The position numbers and the translations under genes were made by a program. The notes beneath the pieces are model-generated. The model saw only the letters and a list, made by a program, of their open reading frames with translations, was not told where the DNA came from and ran no database searches. A stretch of DNA of 64,000 bases, taken from Eledone cirrhosa. Taxonomy: Eukaryota. Shown here piece by piece: positions 54,088 to 64,000 of this stretch. Within the stretch, counting starts at the first letter, position 1; the number at the start of each line of letters is the position of its first letter. The stretch is taken from positions 284,146,001-284,210,000 of the forward strand of contig OZ024740.1 in assembly GCA_964016885.1 (NCBI GenBank). The letters are read 5' to 3'.

Positions 54088-54290
54088 TATGTCGTCCCGG
54101 CCGACAGGATGGAGAAGACATTGCCCCTGACGGCGAGGAAGACGCGCTGGAACAGCCACTCCACCTCGTGGAGCTCGCACCTGCGAGAAGCAAGCTCTGA
54201 TCCGATAGCAGTGAGCCGGAAGGGTCCTGGGGAGCCAAGAGACACCGGAAGTCTCCACTGCTATAGGCTCAACCACAAACCTATCAGAGA
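54088..54290 (-). mobile_element. CRE-like LINE endonuclease fragment
   Basis: PIAVETSG...EVEWLFQRVFLAVRGNVFSIL. Confidence 0.7.
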
Positions 54291-54319
54291 GTGACCGATG
54301 TCTGTACGAGTTAATGTGG

Positions 54320-54640
54320 GCGGAACACGGCCGAATGGTTTAGAAGTTCGTTTTGTAATCATTAGGTCCCACGTCGGATCTCGGATAAGTGCCATTTACC
54401 ATAGCCTCGGGTAGACCCATACCGTTTGATAGGCGGTAACTCCTTGGAAGCCCGACCTATGGACTGTATCTGTAATTCAATAGGTCAGGCTTATTAAAAA
54501 TAGTGTCACACTGAATCTCCCTGAGAATTACATTGAATGTACATGTGTCTGTTGAATGCTTAGTCACGCGTTAATTTCATGAGCAGGCTGTTCCGTTGAT
54601 GGAACTACCGCAACATATCGTCAAACCGACGGAGATCCAT
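54320..54640 (+). mobile_element. Old tRNA-derived SINE
   Basis: A-box-like CGGCCGAATGG head; degenerate body. Confidence 0.45.
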
Positions 54641-54979
54641 AGAACTGGATGAGTTACACATTTGAAATTAACTTGCTGGGACCATATGTATGTCCTCTTT
54701 TTAGTTCAGTTACCTTTGAAGACAAACTTTCAATGATGCACTGGAAACTGATGAGGGCTGTGTTAGCAAAAGTAATACAGTGAAGTTCATGAGTTACCCC
54801 TTTTTTTCTCAAATGAAGAATCAGATCCCTTTCCCTCTCTGACATACTAAATTATCCAAACTCCTCATACTACTAGTGCTTATTTTATTTCAATTTTTGA
54901 GGGATATAAGATGATCATGTTTTTAAACTCAGAAAGTGCTGTAACTAAATACCATTCTCTCATTTTATATACATACACA

Positions 54980-55294
54980 CAGGTACAAGCTGAAGCATAT
55001 AGACAATATGCCCCCACCCCCTCCCACTGCAAAGTGGTCGTAGAGGTGCCATGACGAAAAAGCACCCAGCCCACACTGTAAAGTGGTCGTGTAGGCACCA
55101 CGGAAAAAAAAGCACCCAACACTCACTGTAAATGAGGTTGGTGTTAGAAAGGGCATCCAGCTGTAGAAATCAAGCCAAAATCAGTTCCTGTATGAGCAAG
55201 ACAAGGTCACCCGACTGGGCATTGCCCACAACAGGACAACCCGTCTAGCCCATGCTAGTGTGGAAGAATGGAGGTAAAATGGTGATGATGATGA
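54980..55294 (+). mobile_element. RTE 3' UTR
   Basis: Matches 16753-17058. Confidence 0.8.
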
Positions 55295-55660
55295 TACACA
55301 CAATATTAAAGCTGAACCATAATGTTGAACATTTTCACCAGATATGATACACATCTAGAAAATATATGGTAATGTTATTTCCAGCATGTATACTGAAACC
55401 ACCACCATACATGCACTGAAAGTTACAACACCTAAAACAAAGCAAATACTGTTGGCAAACACCAAAATATGTAATATTTATCATTTAATTTCAAGTTATA
55501 AATTTCTATTGGACAATTTATTTATGATAAAAACTGTATAAACATGATATTATTTACTATACTGGATGTGGCCGTTGTATTGTGAACTACAAAACTATAG
55601 TATTGGTACACTGCCCAAGATACTATGCAGTGAAATCAAACTCAGGACCTAATGATTGCA

Positions 55661-56015
55661 GACGCCATGCTTTCCAGCTTAGTTACGTCCCTTTACGATC
55701 TGAGTTCAAATCCCGCCGAGGTTGACTTTGCCTTTCATCCTTACGGGGTCGATAAAATAAAGTACCAGTAATGCACTGGTTAATTGCTGGCCTTGTGCCT
55801 AAAGTAGAAACAATTATTTACAGTAACAATAATAATAATAATAATAATGATTTCTACATTTGGCACAAGGCCAGCAATTACCCCGGTGCATTATTTTATC
55901 GACCCCGTAAGGATGAAAGGCAAAGTTAACCTCAGCAGGATTTGAACTCAGACCGTAAAGGGCCAGAAGTCTATGCTGCAAGGCATGGTGTCTGACTCTC
56001 TACCGATACTGCCAA
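55661..56015. mobile_element. Tail-to-tail pair of Meta-like SINEs sharing an (AAT)n tract
   Basis: Plus copy 55661-55818, minus copy 55846-56015. Confidence 0.85.
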
Positions 56016-58467
56016 TGGAGCTCTGGTGTCACAGAAGAGAGGGGAGGGGTGAAGGGGGATGTATTTGGTTCTGGTAAATTGAAGAAAAAAAAATTTAGAC
56101 AGACCAAAATTAATTCTAACATCTACAAAGGTAGATGAATTAGATAACACAATAATATAATTGTTTCTACTTTTGGCACAAGGCCAGCAATTACCCCAGT
56201 GCATTACTGGTGGAAGAGGTGGAGAATTAAACAGTTTCATACAGGAACTAAATAATTTAATACTGTATAGCTGATTACTCTCTATGTAGAAACAAATAAT
56301 ACATATATGAATATCTATCTCTGTGTGCATTCTTTTACTGGTTTCAGACTGCAGCTACGCTGTAATACTGTCTGATTTAGTTGATCATACTAAGCTCTAC
56401 TTATTTTTTAAAGTTCGGTACTTACTTTATCAATCCCTTTTTTGTTGAACTGTTAAGTTAGAGAACATAAACACAATCATGGACACATACAAATATACAT
56501 TGCCCCCATCCTCTCAATCTTTTCTATATTTCATCTGCCTGTCACCCATCTCGTGGATTGTCTCTCTGCCAACCACTGGTTGCTGGTCTCTGTCCTTTGA
56601 GGCATTTTTGCCCATTGCTATCATTGACAGCATTTGGCTGTCTTAATAGCTATTCTAGCAATGAGATTTCTCATTTTTCTATGAATTCAAATATTCTCTT
56701 ACTTCATCTCAATTAGAGACAACAATGTTTATTCATTTAACTTTATCATTGCTATGCTTAGTTTTCTATTTAGGACAGACACAACAGCTTGAGGTCCACT
56801 ACCCCATTATTTTCTTTTCTTTGACCTCTTTCATCCTTCTATTTATTCTGTTTATTTTATCACACACACATCATACCAAAAGAAAGATTAATTTTTCTGT
56901 TGCAAGGTGCCATGCAGCAGGATTCCCCAAACCACATGGTTGCAAAACTCCTGAACCACACAGCCATTCCATATAATATGTATATATTAATAGGATTTTG
57001 TTCTTCCTTTCAGTCAGTTGAGTCTTGTACAAGATCTTATATCGCTAGACACCATCCTCTAAATGGAATAGTTTGCTTAAATTTTGAATTACCAATCCAA
57101 TCACTATTCAATCATCAAAATTAATTTAGATCCTCAAACCAAACATCATACATAGTCTGGTAGTAAGTTTATTTTAGGTTTTAAAAGTCTCAGAATTTTT
57201 CTAAAATGCATAATTTAAATTCCACTTTCTTCCTTTCCAAATGGTTTTATGAACAACAAATTACACCAATAGAAATCCCTCCTCCCCCTCCATTAAAAAG
57301 AATCAACACTATAGAATAGAATATTTAACTTTAACTAGATTTGAGCCTTTGCACTCGACAAAGAGATGACAGGAAATAAAAAAAACTATGTTCATAAATA
57401 CAATAGAGAATGCAAACTTGGAGCTGTGGGAATTTATGTCAGAGTTCATTATCATATAACAAATATATAAGATTAAATAGAAGTACATATATGTAATCAA
57501 TTAATTATTGCTAGGAACCTTATAAATATAATACACAAAAATATACAATCGAAGCGAGAGAACAAAAAATAAAATAAAACATCAATTCAACATTAAGTGG
57601 GTTGATCAATCATACACCACAAGGGTCATCAGAAACTTTTGAGGCAAGCCAACATGCTTGCAGCATTACTGTGGGTGATGGTGAGGCGAAGGTGCTGAAA
57701 CCACCAAGTACTCTCATGGGCATCAGAACTTTGCTGTCAGTAGCCCAGCTTCACTAAACTGAAACTGGTTTCAAACTTTCATACTATACTTCACATTAAA
57801 ATAGAAAAATTCTATTGTACCTTCTAGATACATTGAGCTATTATGAACTTACTCTGCTAAAGTTTCTGTCAGTTCATTGGAACTTCATTTTTTAATATTA
57901 ATTTTGATGCCAGCACACCACAAAAACCTTACTACTTATGGTACTTCAGTACGGTGGAGAATTTGAACTCAGTACACAAAGAGCCAGAAGAGATACTGGA
58001 AAGAATCCCATCCAATGCTTGAATATTTCCATCAATACACTACCCTAGACTAGTATTTTATCAACCCCAGAAGGATGAAAAGCAGGATTTAAACTCAGAG
58101 ATCAAAGAACTAGAACAAATACTGCAAGACATTCTACCCACAGAAGAAAAAAAGGTGAGCTACTCTATATTTTACAAAACAAAAGGAAAATGCAGATGAT
58201 ATGTGAATGATACAAAACCCTATATTATTAAAGGCAAGAAAATAATTAGACCTCCTTCTGAAGTAGGAATTCAAAGCATGAAGATATTTGTTTCCATTTC
58301 AAATAAATAAATAAGTATTAAGATATTTTTTTTATTTCCATTCAAAGCTTTTGACTGATTTATTTATTTATTTATTATTATTATTTTTATTTATTTTCCT
58401 GCTTACTGGCTTGACATTCATCATTATTGAAAAAGTAAGGAGAATACTTTGTGGTGCCTTAATTTAT

Positions 58468-58612
58468 AATAATGGTTTCTGATTTAGGCACAAGGCCAGC
58501 AATTTTGGAGAGGGGAAAATCGGATAAATTGTCCCCAATACATGACTGGTACTTTATTTTATCGATCCCGTAAGGATGACAGGTAAAGCTAACCTCAGCA
58601 GGATTTGAACTC
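58468..58612 (-). mobile_element. Meta-like SINE fragment
   Basis: Family consensus. Confidence 0.75.
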
Positions 58613-58736
58613 ATAATAATGTGTTTTAGATTGAAGTTTTCTATGAGTAAAATTTACTGAGAAGTTTTGTGGGTAAAATACCTTTTCAAATTAAGTATCG
58701 ACATATTCATCCTATTCCATTTTTAGAGGGTTTTAA

Positions 58737-58944
58737 CCCTTTAGCATTTACATTATTCTATATTTATTATTGTATTTTCACAGTAAAGGTTTTATCTCAC
58801 ATAATATCGAATCTACGAGATTTTGATATTATTCATTTTGAGAACAATACCTTAATGTCAGTATGAGTGGCCAGTTATGATCAGTTTCAACAGAAAGAGG
58901 TGAGAGGATTCTGACCAGATACAGCCAGTTTAAATGCTAAAGGG
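58737..58944. mobile_element. piggyBac-like MITE
   Basis: TTAA|CCCTTTAGCATTTA...TAAATGCTAAAGGG|TTAA. Confidence 0.85.
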
Positions 58945-60024
58945 TTAAACTTCACTATCAGGCTCAAATTTCTTTAGTAAAAAATACGGCGAAAGCTTCT
59001 ATTTCTACTAAATGTCATCTTTTCAAATATTCATACACGACATCTGAATCATTCAGTCATAGGACTAGATGATTTCTTTCTTTCTTTAATACAAATTTAT
59101 GTTACTTTATATTGTGGACATTAATAATGCCAAGCTCCTTATGTCTTTCTACCATTTCTATACCATAGTTAAACATCTTAGCATAAACTTAAATGCAGTG
59201 TCTGCTTTTAATTATAATGATATTCTTTAAAAATAGAAACTTTTCTAATTCTGGAAGAGTGCTATTGTTCTAAATAAAGCTTTATAACGCTGCAATAATT
59301 TATGAATGTCAAATATAATCTAGGCAGCTGTTATTTAACCACAGTACAAATTTTCACTGTCAAATCAGTTAAGTTATTTTTAATCTTTCAGAATAAAAAC
59401 AACCATAAATCATCTGCTAAATGTTCAATAATAAATAATAGATATGTACACTAACAGTACCTGTAGAAAATCCATGCTTATTTTGAAAACTATAAATCTT
59501 TGGAAATTTATAGAGAACCATAAAATACATTATTTCTTTTAAAATTGTATTTTTTCTGAAGTGTTTGATTCTTGAAATGGTGTTAAGTCCACATAGGGAT
59601 AATACTGAAGGGGCAGTGTTAGGAGAGAGCATTTTTGAAAAGTGACCACACCTAGCTTATACTTTGTGTTTTGGGCATTTTTGCATTAGGAAGAACAATG
59701 CAGCCATAGAAACCATGCCAAAAAAGGGAACGTATAAGCTAGACTTGATAGCCTGACTAGTTTATCCTCTTAACACGACAACTCGTCTAACCCTGGTAAC
59801 CATGGAAAATAGATATTAAATGGTGATGATGATGATGATATTCTTTAATACACATTTGTCAACTTTTCTACTTTAAAAGTTGTTATCTGGTATTTTCATG
59901 TTTGCACCAAGAAATAAATCTGCTCTAAAAAGATTTACATACAATTGTCTATGAGAAAATACTGTTTCACTTCTGGTTGTCATTACATTAGGACTATGCC
60001 CTTAAAATTATTGAAACAATGTTG

Positions 60025-60615
60025 AGAATTTTGGCTTGGGCAAACATCCCCTCAATTTTGGAACTGTCTGGGTTGTCCAGAATTGATGGGAAAAGACTTG
60101 ACGATCTTACCCTGTGCCCCTGGATAAGAGGCAGGTGTCTTATCTGGGACGTCACAGTTAGTGACTCTCTTGCTTTTTCCCACATCCTGGATGTTGTGAT
60201 TAGTGTGAGAGTTACAGCTTCCATAGATGAACAGAACAAAATCCTGAAATACCATGATCTGTCGGTTAACTACCTTTTCCAGCCTGTGGCATTCGAGATG
60301 TTTAGGGGAGTTGGGCCTCTAACTGCGAGGTTCTTGTCATCACTGACGGCTCGCTTAACAGAGGTAACTGGTGATGCTCGTGAGGGTGCTTGGTTGTTCC
60401 AGAGCATCAGCCTCGCCATCAACCGAGGTAATGCTGTGAGTGTGCTGGCTTGCCTAAAAAATTATTAGAGAGATTTTCCAGTACTCCTTGCGATATTATT
60501 ATCTTGTGTTCTGGCAGCAGTTCGTTTGTCCACCTCTTTTGCTTGCCTTTTGTTATACATCCTAGATGTGTGTATTACCTGCTTGTGTGTTTTTTTCTTT
60601 TTTTTTCTTTTCTAT
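60025..60615 (+). mobile_element. CRE-like LINE 3' end with restriction-like endonuclease
   Basis: DGKRLDDLT..PW..G..LIWDVT...K..KY...F.PVAFE...LFQSISLAINRGNA. Confidence 0.8.
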
Positions 60616-61122
60616 AAATACATATGAAAAATATGTATATAATAAACCCTTTAAACAATCTTAACTATAAAACAAAATGAAAGATTATAATATTATTCTG
60701 CTATGGTACAACTACATTAGTAAAGCTACATTACAAATCATAACATGCTATATGACATCCTCATTTTCATATCAGACAATAGTGTACATAGTTGAACTTG
60801 AACCTGGAGTCCCAGTGAATGATGTACAGTATTTATCTCACTGAATTGTAGATTCTAAAGAAATATATACATAACATAACTATGACCATTAATTGTTTTA
60901 ACTTGAACAGAAACAAATCTACACCCATAAACCTACACTCAGCTTTACCCACCAGATATGTACTGCATTAGACATAAAGTAAAACCAATCACACCTTTTA
61001 AAAGCATAGTGAAACACACTTAGCATAACAATAACCAGACTACATTAATTATTGGTATGAGGGCAATGTCATCAAACTGCATGTGTACAGAGTCTGCCAA
61101 TAAGATGTATACATACTTCAGG

Positions 61123-61161
<39 letters not shown>

Positions 61162-61444
61162 TAGCTGGCCCAGTGCCATAAAAAATGATGGCTAATTGTA
61201 ATATCTATACATAATATAAAAAAGAGATGTTTGTTTGTTTGTTGGTTCCTTCGCACTCACACAAGTGATACAAATGCAGCTGTGACGAATCTTAGAATGC
61301 TGGACTTCTATAGTTTCTCACCACCCTCCTTTCTCAGACATCACATAAATGTGTATGTAATAATTATTTTTTCTAAATGTGTCTGTTTATATATATGTAT
61401 GTATAGATTCATATGTATTTGTAATTCTATTGTCTATGTATCTT

Positions 61445-61722
61445 TCTAAATAAACACAAACAAGCACATATTCTTGTTTGTGTGTGTTGTAAGCACACAA
61501 CACACAAAAGCAAGATGGTGTAGGACAGAACAAAGGAGAGACACAAAATAAAAACCCAGTCACTGAGGAGGCCACAGAATGTGTGACAAAAAAGCTTTGA
61601 CAATATATAAACAACCATTCTGTTATCGAACCAACCAACTAACTGGAAAGTTATAATAAATTGAAGTGAAAACCAACAGGTGTGTGTGTTTTTATTAGCA
61701 GCATGACCCCCTCCTAAAGTAT

Positions 61723-61727
<5 letters not shown>
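61445..61727 (+). mobile_element. Solo pLTR related to the Naiad-type element (degenerate hammerhead)
   Basis: Homologous to 2662-2973; ends AAGTATAACAA|(TA)n at the same point. Confidence 0.8.
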
Positions 61728-61766
<39 letters not shown>

Positions 61767-61865
61767 CAGGAACGATCGACTTTCGTCAAATCGGACCGAG
61801 GGAACAATGTTTCCGTTGGTCTTTCCAATTGCTAATACTATCTATCGGTCGCAACTCCAGGTAGA

Positions 61866-61990
61866 AGGAGCAACGTGAAATAAAGTGTCTTGCTCAAGGA
61901 CATAACACATCGCCTGGTCCAGGAATCGAACTCACAACCTTACGATTGCGAATCCAATTCTCTAACCACTCAGCCACACGCCTTCACGCT
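61866..61990 (-). mobile_element. tRNA-derived CORE-like SINE 5' part
   Basis: TGGCTGAGTGG, GAGTTCGATTCC, TCCTTGAGCAAGACACTT. Confidence 0.8.
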
Positions 61991-62051
61991 ATATATATAT
62001 ATATAGTAATAATAAATACAAAGACCAAAATCCAAAGAGGTCTCAATAAAG

Positions 62052-62215
<164 letters not shown>

Positions 62216-62666
62216 CATTTACAGTAAATATATGTATAGTAAATATTTATTAATAGTACAGATTAAAAGTTTAAGTAAAAAATTTCTACTTTCACCCTAA
62301 GTGGAATCATCTGAAACTGAGAAAAATTAATCTGTAGATGCAGAAGTAAATATTTCAAAAAAATTATGACCAAATATTGCCTTTAGAAAACAGTAAGACA
62401 TAATGGTAGTGCATGAGGACGTTCTCTTGAGATGGGTGAAATGTATACAAGCAGAATTACATCATTATGTGGAGTGAGAAGAACAAATGCTCGCTATGGA
62501 AAAATCAGGAGACTAATATTCCTTTTAGAATAGCCGAATAATTTCCAGCTACCATATATGGAAAATTATATTAATAGTAGTAAAATTATTAAACATAAAA
62601 TACTGATGGCACTAATAATAGTAAAAGTAATAATAATAATAATGCTTTCTTTATTAACCACAAAAT

Positions 62667-62801
62667 AATAATTATTTCTACATTAGGCACAAGGCCAGCA
62701 ATTACCCAGTGTATTACTGGTACTTTATTTTATCGACCCCGTAAGGATGAAAGGCAAAGTTAACCTCGGCGAGATTTGAACTCAGAATGGCAAGGGCCGT
62801 A
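62667..62801 (-). mobile_element. Meta-like SINE fragment
   Basis: Family consensus. Confidence 0.8.
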
Positions 62802-62973
62802 AATAATAATGAGAGCACTAACAGTAATGTTTTCAGATTTAGGCTCATACATAAGTATGCGCTGACCGGTGTGGATGCATGTGTGCACATACATACTCTT
62901 ATACACACACACATGCATATACAGTCAATATACATATGTACATACACCAGCATACATATAATATATATGCAGT

Positions 62974-63184
62974 CATTTTTGTATTACAGCCCGACACTAT
63001 ACTGATGATATACATCATAGTGTGGTAGCTAAGAACAATCTAACTTTATATGTATGTATATATATATATATATATATACATACATATAAAGTTAGATTGT
63101 TCATCATGGTGCCATAGCTTGTTCAAAGCTATGGCACCATGATGTATAATTATCAGCATAGTGTCGGGCTGTAATACAAAAATG
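62974..63184. repeat. Nested inverted repeats (branched fold-back)
   Basis: Outer arms 62974-63023 / 63136-63184; inner hairpins 63033-63102 and 63102-63144. Confidence 0.85.
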
Positions 63185-63587
63185 TTTTATACAGTTTATG
63201 CTAACAAGCTGAAATTGCCTCAAATTTTTTGTTTAAGATTCATTTGTTGGCATAAAAGATTTCCAGGGTTTCAGCAACACAAAGATCACACAGTCTTTTA
63301 TTTCCTTTATAGGATCTAGCTTTAACTAAGGTCTCCCAGTTTAACCTATATCGGATGTTATTGTCTTTTAAATTCCAGATATAAGATATAGGCTGAAAGT
63401 GAAGTCATATTCCTTCTGAAAGGGTTTCAAAATAAATATATGTATATATTGAATGTCTGCAGTGCTGAAACCCTCATGTAAGCTTGCTATATACAAGCTG
63501 AAACCACTAGGAATGCAGTCAACATGAATGGACCTGTTATTTTTATCTAAAGACATTTTTTTCCAATTCCACTCTGCCCGTCCCTTC

Positions 63588-64000
63588 AATAATAATAATA
63601 ATAATAATGAAATTATTGTGTACAGTGCTCAGGTGCACTACAACTCATCAAAGGTGCATGTATAGTACATAGAATAATGTACAAATGTCAGGAAAATAAA
63701 CAGTGTATGAGTCATGATATAATAACAATAACGAAATATTGTGCACAGTGCCCAGGTGCACCACAACTCATCAAAAAAGTGCATGTACAGTACATAGGGC
63801 AATGCACAAACATCAGTAAAATGAACAGTGCACGAGTCATGATACACACATGTGTGCATGTGTATGGAAGGGGTACATCAGGTGTAGTTTTGGCGTATTT
63901 TGGGAAGCATGAGTGTCTTAAAGGATGCAGTGTCTCGGCAGCTAACAATTGACGCAGGCAGTTTGTTCCATGCTTCAGCAACTCTGAGCGTGAAAAAATG
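63588..64000 (-). mobile_element. CR1-clade LINE 3' end
   Basis: HFFTLRVAEAWNKLPASIVS...FK; duplicated 3' UTR unit; (TTA)n tail. Confidence 0.8.

Overview
This is AT-rich animal genomic DNA, almost entirely transposon debris and microsatellite. The SINE and RTE families suggest an octopus or other coleoid cephalopod (inference). No intact host gene could be supported, and most long ORFs in the track are microsatellite artefacts. Recognisable elements: Penelope-like elements (PLEs: one Naiad-type RT+GIY-YIG copy, two GIY-YIG 3' fragments, several pLTR-only copies); a 4.8 kb Tx1/L1-clade LINE with target-site duplication (TSD) plus a second copy; RTE, CRE-like, R4/Dong-like and CR1 LINE fragments; a Rep-deleted Helitron plus non-autonomous Helitrons; piggyBac-, Tc1/pogo- and hAT-like MITEs; and many tRNA-derived SINEs. 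Four signals stand out. (1) At least six distinct hammerhead-ribozyme or hammerhead-like motifs, two with long extended stem II. (2) Five PLE-type inverted duplications in (TA)n tracts, each with one arm running about 57-87 nt further than the other. (3) An in-frame TGA exactly at a conserved Cys of the Naiad GIY-YIG domain, possibly selenocysteine, although no SECIS is visible. (4) Both Tx1 copies inserted at AGATA/(AGAT)n sites. Coordinates were read by eye and may be off by a few bases.
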